Positions 29,301 through 43,600 of a stretch of DNA of 64,000 nt are shown in pieces. A model generated the notes under the pieces. It ran no database searches. It had not been told where the DNA came from and saw nothing but the letters and a program-made list of their open reading frames with translations. The number at the start of each line of letters is the position of its first letter. Position 1 is the stretch's first letter. The stretch comes from the human T2T-CHM13v2.0 reference genome, Homo sapiens: assembly GCF_009914755.1 (NCBI RefSeq), contig NC_060925.1; one strand, 5' to 3'. Made by a program: the position numbers and the translations under genes.

Positions 29301-32300
29301 GAATCGCATGGAATCATCATCAAATGGAATCGAATGGAATCATCATCAAATGGAATCTAATGGAATCATTGAACAGAATTGAATGGAATCGTCATCGAAT
29401 GAATTGAATGCAATCATCGAATGGTCTCGAATGGAATCATCTTCTAATGGAAAGGAATGGAATCATCGCATAGAATCGAATGGAATTATCATCGAATGGA
29501 ATCGAATGGTATCAACACCAAACGGAAAAAAACGGAATTATCGAATGGAATCGAAGAGAATCTTCGAACGGACCCGAATGGAATCATCTAATGGAATGGA
29601 ATGGAATAATCCATGGACTCGAATGCAATCATCATCGAATGGAATCGAATGGAATCATCGAATGGACTCGAATGGAATAATCATTGAACGGAATCGAATG
29701 GAATCATCATCGGATGGAAACGAATGGAATCATCATCGAATGGAAATGAAAGGAGTCATCATCTAATGGAATTGCATGGAATCATCATAAAATGGAATCG
29801 AATGGAATCAACATCAAATGGAATCAAATGGAATCATTGAACGGAATTGAATGGAATCGTCATCGAATGAATTGACTGCAATCATCGAATGGTCTCGAAT
29901 GGAATCATCTTCAAATGGAATGGAATGGAATCATCGCATAGAATCGAATGGAATTATCATCGAATGGAATCGAATGGAATCAACATCAAACGGAAAAAAA
30001 CAGAATTATCGTATGGAATCGAAGAGAATCATCGAATGGACCCGAATGGAATCATCTAATGGAATGGAATGGAATAATCCATGGACTCGAATGCAATCAT
30101 CATCGAATGGAATCGAATGGAATCATCGAATGGACTCGAATGGAATAATCATTGAACGGAATCGAATGGAATCATCATCGGATGGAAATGAATGGAATCA
30201 TCATCGAATGGAATCGAATAGAATTATGGAATGAAATCCAGTGTGATCATCATCGAATGGACCCGAATGGAATCATCATCCAACGGAAGCTAATGGAATC
30301 AACATCGAATGAATCGAATGGAAACACCATCGAATTGAAACGAATGGAATTATCATGAAATTGAAATGGATGGACTCATCATCGAATGGATTCGAATGGA
30401 ATCATCGAATAAAATTGATTGAAATCATCATCCAATGGAATCGAATGGTATCATTGAATGGAATCGAATGGAATCTTCATCAGATGGAAATGAATGGAAT
30501 CGTCATAGAATGGAATAGAATGGATTCATTGAATGGAATCAGATGGAATCATCGAATGGACTGGAATGGAATCATTGAATGGACTCGAAAGGGATCATTA
30601 TTGAATGGAATTGAATGGAATCATCGAATGGTCTCGATTGGAATCATTATCAAATGGAATCGAATGGAATCACCGAACAGAATCGAATGGAACAATCATC
30701 GAATGGACTCAAATGGAATTATCCTCAAATGGAATCGAATGGAATTATCGAATGCAATCGAATGGAATTATCGAATGCAATCGAATAGAATCATCGAATG
30801 GACTCGAATGGAATCATCGAATGGAATGGAATGGAACAGTCAATGAACTCGAATGGAATCATCATTGAATGGAATCGAATGGAATCATCGAGTGGAATCA
30901 AATGGAATTATGATCAAATGGAATCGAATGTAATCATCATCAAATGGAATCAAAAATAACCATCATCAATTGGTATTGAATGGAATTGTCATCAAATGGA
31001 ATTCAAAGGAATCATCATCAAATGGAACCGAATGGAATCCTCATTGAATGGAAATGAAAGGGGTCATCATCTAATGGAATCGCATGGAATCATCATCAAA
31101 TGGAATCGAATGGAATCATCATCAAATGCAATCTAATGGAATCATTGAACAGAATTGAATGGAATTGTCATCGAATGAATTGAATGCAATCATCGAATGG
31201 TCTCGAATGGAATCATCTTCTAATGGAAAGGAATGGAATCATCGCATAGAATCGAATGGAATTATCATCGAATGGAATCGAATGGTATCAACACCAAACG
31301 GAAAAAAACGGAATTATCGAATGGAATCGAAGAGAATCTTCGAACGGACCCGAATGGAATCATCTAATTGAATGGAATGGAATAATGCATGGACTCGAAT
31401 GCAATCATCATCGAATGGAATCGAATGGAATCATCGAATGGACTCGAATGGAATAATCATTGAACGGAATCGAATGGAATCATCATCGGATGGAAACGAA
31501 TGGAATCATCATCGAATGGAAATGAAAGGAGTCATCATCTAATGGAATTGCATGGAATCATCATAAAATGGAATCGAATGGAATCAACATCAAATGGAAT
31601 CAAATGGAATCATTGAACGGAATTGAATGGAATCGTCATCGAATGAATTGACTGCAATCATCGAATGGTCTCGAATGGAATCATCTTCAAATGGAATGGA
31701 ATGGAATCATCGCATAGAATCGAATGGAATTATCATCGAATGGAATCGAATGGAATCAACATCAAACGGAAAAAAACGGAATTATCGAATGGAATCGAAG
31801 AGAATCATCGAATGGACCCGAATGGAATCATCTAATGGAATGGAATGGAATAATCCATGGACTCGAATGCAATCATCATCGAATGGAATCGAATGGAATC
31901 ATCGAATGGACTCGAATGGAATAATCATTGAACGGAATCGAATGGAATCATCATCGGATGGAAATGAATGGAATCATCATCGAATGGAATCGAATAGAAT
32001 TATGGAATGAAATCCAGTGTGATCATCATCGAATGGACCCGAATGGAATCATCATCCAACGGAAGCTAATGGAATCAACATCGAATGAATCGAATGGAAA
32101 CACCATCGAATTGAAACGAATGGAATTATCATGAAATTGAAATGGATGGACTCATCATCGAATGGATTCGAATGGAATCATCGAATAAAATTGATTGAAA
32201 TCATCATCCAATGGAATCGAATGGTATCATTGAATGGAATCGAATGGAATCATCATCAGATGGAAATGAATGGAATCGTCATAGAATGGAATCGAATGGA

Positions 32301-32774
32301 TTCATTGAATGGAATCAGATGGAATCATCGAATGGACTGGAATGGAATCATTGAATGGACTCGAAAGGGATCATTATTGAATGGAATTGAATGGAATCAT
32401 CGAATGGTCTCGATTGGAATCATTATCAAATGGAATCGAATGGAATCACCGAATAGAATCGAATGGAACAATCATCGAATGGACTCAAATGGAATTATCC
32501 TCCAATGGAATCGAATGGAATTATCGAATGCAATCGAATGGAATTATCGAATGCAATCGAATAGAATCATCGAATGGACTCGAATGGAATCATCGAATGG
32601 AATGGAATGGAACAGTCAATGAACTCGAATGGAATCATCATTGAATGGAATCGAATGGAATCATCGAGTGGAATCGAATGGAATTATGATCAAATGGAAT
32701 GGAATGTAATCATCATCAAATGGAATCAAAAATAACCATCATCAATTGGTATTGAATGGAATTGTCATCAAATG

Positions 32775-34082
32775 GAATTCAAAGGAATCATCATCAAATG
32801 GAACCGAATGGAATCCTCATTGAATGGAAATGAAAGGGGTCATCATCTAATGGAATCGCATGGAATCATCATCAAATGGAATCGAATGGAATCATCATCA
32901 AATGGAATCTAATGGAATCATTGAACAGAATTGAATGGAATCGTCATCGAATGAATTGAATGCAATCATCCAATGGTCTCGAATGGAATCGTCTTCAAAT
33001 GGAATGGAATGGAATCATCGCATAGAATCGAATGGAATTATCATCGAATGGAATCGAATGGAATCAACATCAAACGGAAAAAAACGGAATTATCGAATGG
33101 AATCGAAGAGAATCATCGAATGGACCCGAATGGAATCATCTAATGGAATGGAATGGAATAATCCATGGACTCGAATGCAATCATCATCGAATGGAATCGA
33201 ATGGAATCATCGAATGGACTCGAATGGAATAATCATTGAACGGAATCGAATGGAATCATCATCGGATGGAAATGAATGGAATCATCATCGAATGGAATCG
33301 AATAGAATTATGGAATGAAATCCAGTGTGATCATCATCGAATGGACCCGAATGGAATCATCATCCAACGGAAGCTAATGGAATCAACATCGAATGAATCA
33401 AATGGAAACACCATCGAATTGAAACGAATGGAATTATCATGAAATTGAAATGGATGGACTCATCATCGAATGGATTCGAATGGAATCATCGAATAAAATT
33501 GATTGAAATCATCATCGAATGGAATCCAATGGTATCATTGAATGGAATCGAATGGAATCATCATCAGATGGAAATGAATGGAATCGTCATAGAATGGAAT
33601 CGAATGGATTCATTGAATGGAATCAGATGGAATCATCGAATGGACTGGAATGGAATCATTGAATGGACTCGAAAGGGATCATGATTGAATGGAATTGAAT
33701 GGAATCATCGAATGGTCTCGATTGGAATCATTATCAAATGGAATCGAATGGAATCACCGAATAGAATCGAATGGAACAATCATCGAATGGACTCAAATGG
33801 AATTATCCTCAAATGGAATCGAATGGAATTATCGAATGCAATCGAATGGAATTATCGATTGCAATCGAATAGAATCATCGAATGGACTCGAATGGAATCA
33901 TCGAATGGAATGGAATGGAACAGTCAATGAACTCGAAAGGAATCATCATTGAATGGAATCGAATGGAATCATCGAGTGGAATCGAATGGAATTATGATCA
34001 AATGGAATCGAATGTAATCATCATCAAATGGAATCAAAAATAACCATCATCAATTGGTATTGAATGGAATTGTCATCAAATG
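32775..34082 (+). repeat. Isolated 1308-bp unit with a hybrid A/B module
   Basis: Spacing 32935 to 34243; A-type lead-in and TGAATGCAATC switch to B-type ATCCAATGG and TTCAAATGGAATGG near 32960-33000. Confidence 0.88.
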
Positions 34083-37000
34083 GAATTCAAAGGAATCACC
34101 ATCAAATGGAACCGAATGGAATCCTCATTGAATGGAAATGAAAGGGGTCATCATCTAATGGAATCGCATGGAATCATCATCAAATGGAATCGAATGGAAT
34201 CATCATCAAATGGAATCTAATGGAATCATTGAACAGAATTGAATGGAATCGTCATCGAATGAATTGAATGCAATCATCGAATGGTCTCGAATGGAATCAT
34301 CTTCTAATGGAAAGGAATGGAATCCTCGCATAGAATCGAATGGAATTATCATCCAATGGAATCGAATGGTATCAACACCAAACGGAAAAAAACGGAATTA
34401 TCGAATGGAATCGAAGAGAATCTTCGAACGGACCCGAATGGAATCATCTAATGGAATGGAATGGAATAATCCATGGACTCGAATGCAATCATCATCGAAT
34501 GGAATCGAATGGAATCATCGAATGGACTCGAATGGAATAATCATTGAACGGAATCGATTGGAATCATCATCGGATGGAAACGAATGGAATCATCATCGAA
34601 TGGAAATGAAAGGAGTCATCATCTAATGGAATTGCATGGAATCATCATAAAATGGAATCGAATGGAATCATCATCAATTGGAATCAAATGGAATCATTGA
34701 ACGGAATTGAATGGAATTGTCATCGAATGAATTGACTGCAATCATCCAATGGTCTCGAATGGAATCATCTTCAAATGGAATGGAATGGAATCATCGCATA
34801 GAATCGAATGGAATTATCATCGAATGGAATCGAATGGAATCAACATCAAACGGAAAAAAACGGAATTATCGAATGGAATCGAAGAGAATCATCGAATGGA
34901 CCGGAATGGAATCATCTAATGGAATGGAATGGAATAATCCATGGACTCGAATGCAATCATCATCGAATGGAATCGAATGGAATCATCGAATGGACTCGAA
35001 TGGAATAATCATTGAACGGAATCGAATGGAATCATCATCAGATGGAAATGAATGGAATCATCATCGAATGGAATCGAATAGAATTATGGAATGAAATCCA
35101 GTGTGATCATCATCGAATGGACCCGAATGGAATCATCATCCAACGGAAGCTAATGGAATCAACATCGAATGAATCGAATGGAAACACCATCGAATTGAAA
35201 CGAATGGAATTATCATGAAATTGAAATGGATGGACTCATCATCGAATGGATTCGAATGGAATCATCGAATAAAATTGATTGAAATCATCATCGAATGGAA
35301 TCGAATGGTATCATTGAATGGAATCGAATGGAATCATCATCAGATGGAAATGAATGGAATCGTCATAGAATGGAATCGAATGGATTCATTGAATGGAATC
35401 AGATGGAATCATCGAATGGACTGGAATGGAATCATTGAATGGACTCGAAAGGGATCATGATTGAATGGAATTGAATGGAATCATCGAATGGTCTCGATTG
35501 GAATCATTATCAAATGGAATCGAATGGAATCACCGAATAGAATCGAATGGAACAATCATCGAATGGACTCAAATGGAATTATCCTCCAATGGAATCGAAT
35601 GGAATTATCGAATGCAATCGAATGGAATTATCGAATGCAATCAAATAGAATCATCAAATGGACTCGAATGGAATCATCGAATGGAATGGAATGGAACAGT
35701 CAATGAACTCGAATGGAATCATCATTGAATGGAATCGAATGGAATCATCGAGTGGAATCGAATGGAATTATGATCAAATGGAATGGAATGTAATCATCAT
35801 CAAATGGAATCAAAAATAACCATCATCAATTGGTATTGAATGGAATTGTCATCAAATGGAATTCAAAGGAATCATCATCAAATGGAACCGAATGGAATCC
35901 TCATTGAATGGAAATGAAAGGGGTCATCATCTAATGGAATCGCATGGAATCATCATCAAATGGAATCGAATGGAATCATCATCAAATGGAATCTAATGGA
36001 ATCATTGAACAGAATTGAATGGAATCGTCATCGAATGAATTGAATGCAATCATCGAATGGTCTCGAATGGAATCATCTTCTAATGGAAAGGAATGGAATC
36101 ATCGCATAGAATCGAATGGAATTATCATCGAATGGAATCGAATGGTATCAACACCAAACGGAAAAAAACGGAATTATCGAATGGAATCGAAGAGAATCTT
36201 CGAACGGACCCGAATGGAATCATCTAATGGAATGGAATGGAATAATCCATGGACTCGAATGCAATCATCATCGAATGGAATCGAATGGAATCATCGAATG
36301 GACTCGAATGGAATAATCATTGAACGGAATCGATTGGAATCATCATCGGATGGAAACGAATGGAATCATCATCGAATGGAAATGAAAGGAGTCATCATCT
36401 AATGGAATTGCATGGAATCATCATAAAATGGAATCGAATGGAATCAACATCAAATGGAATCAAATGGAATCATTGAACGGAATTGAATGGAATCGTCATC
36501 GAATGAATTGACTGCAATCATCCAATGGTCTCGAATGGAATCATCTTCAAATGGAATGGAATGGAATCATCGCATAGAATCGAATGGAATTATCATCGAA
36601 TGGAATCGAATGGAATCAACATCCAACGGAAAAAAACGGAATTATCGAATGGAATCGAAGAGAATCATCGAATGGACCCGAATGGAATCATCTAATGGAA
36701 TGGAATGGAATAATCCATGGACTCGAATGCAATCATCATCGAATGGAATCGAATGGAATCATCGAATGGACTCGAATGGAATAATCATTGAACGGAATCG
36801 AATGGAATCATCATCGGATGGAAATGAATGGAATCATCATCGAATGGAATCGAATAGAATTATGGAATGAAATCCAGTGTGATCATCATCGAATGGACCC
36901 GAATGGAATCATCATCCAACGGAAGCTAATGGAATCAACATCGAATGAATCAAATGGAAACACCATCGAATTGAAACGAATGGAATTATCATGAAATTGA

Positions 37001-37634
37001 AATGGATGGACTCATCATCGAATGGATTCGAATGGAATCATCGAATAAAATTGATTGAAATCATCATCGAATGGAATCGAATGGTATCATTGAATGGAAT
37101 CGAATGGAATCATCATCAGATGGAAATGAATGGAATCGTCATAGAATGGAATCGAATGGATTCATTGAATGGAATCAGATGGAATCATCGAATGGACTGG
37201 AATGGAATCATTGAATGGACTCGAAAGGGATCATGATTGAATGGAATTGAATGGAATCATCGAATGGTCTCGATTGGAATCATTATCAAATGGAATCGAA
37301 TGGAATCACCGAATAGAATCGAATGGAACAATCATCGAATGGACTCAAATGGAATTATCCTCCAATGGAATCGAATGGAATTATCGAATGCAATCGAATG
37401 GAATTATCGAATGCAATCGAATAGAATCATCGAATGGACTCGAATGGAATCATTGAATGGAATGGAATGGAACAGTCAATGAACTCGAATGGAATCATCA
37501 TTGAATGGAATCGAATGGAATCATCGAGTGGAATCGAATGGAATTATGATCAAATGGAATCGAATGTTATCCTCATCAAATGGAATCAAAAATAACCATC
37601 ATCAATTGGTATTGAATGGAATTGTCATCAAATG

Positions 37635-40600
37635 GAATTCAAAGGAATCATCATCAAATGGAACCGAATGGAATCCTCATTGAATGGAAATGAAAGGGGT
37701 CATCATCTAATGGAATCGCATGGAATCATCATCAAATGGAATCGAATGGAATCATCATCAAATGGAATCTAATGGAATCATTGAACAGAATTGAATGGAA
37801 TCGTCATCGAATGAATTGAATGCAATCATCGAATGGTCTCGAATGGAATCATCTTCTAATGGAAAGGAATGGAATCATCGCATAGAATCGAATGGAATTA
37901 TCATCGAATGGAATCGAATGGTATCAACACCAAACGGAAAAAAACGGAATTATCGAATGGAATCGAAGAGAATCTTCGAACGGACCCGAATGGAATCATC
38001 TAATGGAATGGAATGGAATAATCCATGGAGTCGAATGCTATCATCATCGAATGGAATCGAATGGAATCATCGAATGGACTCGAATGGAATAATCATTGAA
38101 CGGAATCGAATGGAATCATCATCGGATGGAAACGAATGGAATCATCATCGAATGGAAATGAAAGGAGTCATCATCTAATGGAATTGCATGGAATCATCAT
38201 AAAATGGAATCGAATGGAATCAACATCAAATGGAATCAAATGGAATCATTGAACGGAATTGAATGGAATCGTCATCGAATGAATTGAATGCAATCATCGA
38301 ATGGTCTCGAATGGAATCATCTTCAAATGGAATGGAATGGAATCATCGCATAGAATCGAATGGAATTATCATCGAATGGAATCGAATGGAATCAACATCA
38401 AACGGAAAAAAACGGAATTATCGAATGGAATCGAAGAGAATCATCGAATGGACCCGAATGGAATCATCTAATGGAATGGAATGGAATAATCCATGGACTC
38501 GAATGCAATCATCATCGAATGGAATCGAATGGAAGCATCGAATGGACTCGAATGGAATAATCATTGAACGGAATCGAATGGAATCATCATCGGATGGAAA
38601 TGAAAGGAGTCATCATCTAATGGAATTGCATGGAATCATCATAAAATGGAATCGAATGGAATCAACATCAAATGGAATCAAATGGAATCATTGAACGGAA
38701 TTGAATGGAATCGTCATCGAATGAATTGAAAGCAATCATCGAATGGTCTCGAATGGAATCATCTTCAAATGGAATGGAATGGAATCATCGCATAGAATCG
38801 AATGGAATTATCATCGAATGGAATCGAATGGAATCAACATCAAACGGAAAAAAACGGAATTATCAAATGGAATCGAAGAGAATCATCGAATGGACCCGAA
38901 TGGAATCATCTAATGGAATGGAATGGAATAATCCATGGACTCGAATGCAATCATCATCGAATGGAATCGAATGGAATCATCGAATGGACTCGAATGGAAT
39001 AATCATTGAACGGAATCGAATGGAATCATCATCGGATGGAAATGAATGGAATCATCATCGAATGGAATCGAATAGAATTATGGAATGAAATCCAGTGTGA
39101 TCATCATCGAATGGACCCGAATGGAATCATCATCCAACGGAAGCTAATGGAATCAACATCGAATGAATCAAACGGAAACACCATCGAATTGAAACGAATG
39201 GAATTACCATGAAATTGAAATGGATGGACTCATCATCGAATGGATTCGAATGGAATCATCGAATAAAATTGATTGAAATCATCATCGAATGGAATCGAAT
39301 GGTATCATTGAATGGAATCGAATGGAATCATCATCAGATGGAAATGAATGGAATCGTCATAGAATGGAATCGAATGGATTCATTGAATGGAATCAGATGG
39401 AATCATCGAATGGACTGGAATGGAATCATTGAATGGACTCGAAAGGGATCATTATTGAATGGAATTGAATGGAATCATCGAATGGTCTCGATTGGAATCA
39501 TTATCAAATGGAATCGAATGGAATCACCGAATAGAATCGAATGGAACAATCATCGAATGGACACAAATGGAATTATCCTAAAATGGAATCGAATGGAATT
39601 ATCGAATGCAATCGAATGGAATTATCGAATGCAATCGAATAGAATCATCGAATGGACTCGAATGGAATCATCGAATGGAATGGAATGGAACAGTCAATGA
39701 ACTCGAATGGAATCATCATTGAATGGAATCGAATGGTATCATCGAGTGGAATCGAATGTAATCATCATCAAATGGAATCAAAAATAACCATCATCAAATG
39801 GAATCAAAAATAACCATCATCAATTGGTAGTGAATGGAATTCTCATCAAATGGAATTCAAAGGAATCATCATCAAATGGAACCGAATGGAATCCTCATTG
39901 AATGGAAATGAAAGGGGTTATCATCTAATGGAATCGCATGGAATCATCATAAAATGGAATCGAATGGAATCAACATCAAATGGAATCAAATGGAATCATT
40001 GAACGGAATTGAATGGAATCGTCATCGAATGAATTGAATGCAATCATCGAATGGTCTCGAATGGAATCATCTTCAAATGGAATGGAATGGAATCAGCACA
40101 TAGAATCGAATGGAATTATCATCGAATGGAATCGAATGGAATCAACATCAAACGGAAAAAAACGGAATTATCGAATGCAATCGAAGAGAATCATCGAATG
40201 GACCCGAATGGAATCATCTAATGGAATGGAATGGAATAATCCATGGACTCGAATGCAATCATCATCGAATGGAATCGAATGGAATCATCGAATGGACTCG
40301 AATGGAATAATCATTGAACGGAATCGAATGGAATCATCATCGGATGGAAACGAATGGAATCATCATCGAATGGAATCAAATAGAATTATGGAATGAAATC
40401 CAGTGTGATCATCATCGAATGGACCCGAATGGAATCATCATCCAACGGAAGCTAATGGAATCAACATCGAATGAATCAAATGGAAACACCATCGAATTGA
40501 AACGAATGGAATTACCATGAAATTGAAATGGATGGACTCATCATCAAATGGATTCGAATGGATTCATCAAATAAAATTGATTGAAATCATCATCGAATGG

Positions 40601-43600
40601 AATCGAATGGTATCATTGAATGGAATCGAATGGAATCATCATCAGATGGAAATGAATGGAATCGTCATAGAATGGAATCGAATGGATTCATTGAATGGAA
40701 TCAGATGGAATCATTGAATGGACTGGAATGGAATCATTGAATGGACTCGAAAGGGATCATTATTGAATGGAATTGAATGGAATCATCGAATGGTCTCGAT
40801 TGGAATCATTATCAAATGGAATCGAATGGAATCACCGAATAGAATCGAATGGAACAATCATCGAATGGACTCAAATGGAATTATCCTCCAATGGAATCGA
40901 ATGGAATTATCGAATGCAATCGAATGGAATTATCGAATGCAATCGAATAGAATCATCGAATGGACTCGAATGGAATCATCGAATGGAATGGAATGGAACA
41001 GTCAATGAACTCGAATGGAATCATCATTGAATGGAATCGAATGGAATCATCGAGTGGAATCGAAAGGAATTATGACCAAATGGAATCGAATGTAATCATC
41101 ATCAAATGGAATCAAAAATAACCATCATCAATTGGTATTGAATGGAATTGTCATCAAATGGAATTCAAAGGAATCATCATCAAATGGAACCGAATGGAAT
41201 CCTCATTGAATGGAAATGAAAGGGGTCATCATCTAATGGAATCGCATGGAATCATCATCAAATGGAATCGAATGGAATCATCATCAAATGGAATCAAATG
41301 GAATCATTGAACAGAATTGAATGGAATCGTCATCGAATGAGTTGAATGCAATCATCGAATGGTCTCGAATGGAATCATCTTCTAATGGAAAGGAATGGAA
41401 TCATCGCATAGAATCGAATGGAATTATCATCGAATGGAATCGAATGGTATCAACACCAAACGGAAAAAAACGGAATTATCGAATGGAATCGAAGAGAATC
41501 TTCGAACGGACCCGAATGGAATCATCTAATGGAATGGAATGGAATAATCAATGGACTCGAATGCAATCATCATCGAATGGAATCGAATGGAATCATCGAA
41601 TGGACTCGAATGGAATAATCATTGAACGGAATCGAATGGAATCATCATCGGATGGAAACGAATGGAATCATCATCGAATGGAAATGAAAGGAGTCATCAT
41701 CTAATGGAATTGCATGGAATCATCATAAAATGGAATCGAATGGAATCAACATCAAATGGAATCAAATGGAATCATTGAACGGAATTGAATGGAATCGTCA
41801 TCGAATGAATTGAATGCAATCATCGAATGGTCTCGAATGGAATCATCTTCAAATGGAATGGAATGGAATCATCGCATAGAATCGAATGGAATTATCATCG
41901 AATGGAATCGAATGGAATCAACATCCAACGGAAAAAAACGGAATTATCGAATGGAATCGAAGAGAATCATCGAATGGACCCGAATGGAATCATCTAATGG
42001 AATGGAATGGAATAATCCATGGACTCGAATGCAATCATCATCGAATGGAATCGAATGGAATCATCGAATGGACTCGAATGGAATAATCATTGAACGGAAT
42101 CGAATGGAATCATCATCGGATGGAAACGAATGGAATCATCATCGAATGGAAATGAAAGGAGTCATCATCTAATGGAATTGCATGGAATCATCATAAAATG
42201 GAATCGAATGGAATCATCATCAAATGGAATCAAATGGAATCATTGAACGGAATTGAATGGAATCGTCATCGAATGAATTGAATGCAATCATCGAATGGTC
42301 TCGAATGGAATCATCTTCAAATGGAATGGAATGGAATCATCGCATAGAATCGAATGGAATTATCATCGAATGGAATCGAATGGTATCAACATCAAACGGA
42401 AAAAAACGGAATTATCGAATGGAATCAAAGAGAATCTTCGAACGGACCCGAATGGAATCATCTAATGGAATGGAATGGAATAATCCATGGACTCGAATGC
42501 AATCATCATCGAATGGAATCGAATGGAATCATTGAAAGGACTCGTATGGAATAATCATTGAACGGAATCGAATGGAATCATCATCGGATGGAAATGAATG
42601 GAATCATCATCGAATGGAATCGAATAGAATTATGGAATGAAATCCAGTGTGATCATCATCGAATGGACCCGAATGGAATCATCATCCAACGGAAGCTAAT
42701 GGAATCAACATCGAATGAATCGAATGGAAACACCATCGAATTGAAACGAATGGAATTATCATGAAATTGAAATGGATGGACTCATCATCGAATGGATTCG
42801 AATGGAATCATCGAATAAAATTGATTGAAATCATCATCGAATGGAATCGAATGGTATCATTGAATGGAATCGAATGGAATCATCATCAGATGGAAATGAA
42901 TGGAATCGTCATAGAATGGAATCGAATGGATTCATTGAATGGAATCAGATGGAATCATCGAATGGACTGGAATGGAATCATTGAATGGACTCGAAAGGGA
43001 TCATTATTGAATGGAATTGAATGGAATCATCGAATGGTCTCGATTGGAATCATTATCAAATGGAATCGAATGGAATCACCGAATAGAATCGAATGGAACA
43101 ATCATCGAATGGACTCAAATGGAATTATCCTCAAATAGAATCGAATGGAATTATCGAATGCAATCGAATGGAGTTATCGAATGCAATCGAATAGAATCAT
43201 CGAATGGACTCGAATGGAATCATCGAATGGAATGGAATGGAACAGTCAATAAACTCGAATGGAATCATCATTGAATGGAATCGAATGGAATCATCGAGTG
43301 GAATCGAATGGAATTATGATCAAATGGAATCGAATGTAATCATCATCAAATGGAATCAAAAATAACCATCATCAATTGGTATTGAATGGAATTGTCATCA
43401 AATGGAATTCAAAGGAATCATCATCAAATGGAACCGAATGGAATCCTCATTGAATGGAAATGAAAGGGGTCATCATCTAATGGAATCGCATGGAATCATC
43501 ATCAAATGGAATCGAATGGAATCATCATCAAATGGAATCGAATGGAATCATTGAAAGAATTGAATGGAATCATCATCGAATGAATTGAATGCAATCATCG

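Larger units (their letters stand above)
1..37634 (+). repeat. Domain 1: predominantly 1776-bp units, with five shortened units
   Basis: A-copy starts step by 1776 from 9177 to 19833, from 20503 to 32935 and from 34243 to 37795; exceptions are units of 1063 (twice), 1304, 670 and 1308 bp. Confidence 0.92.
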
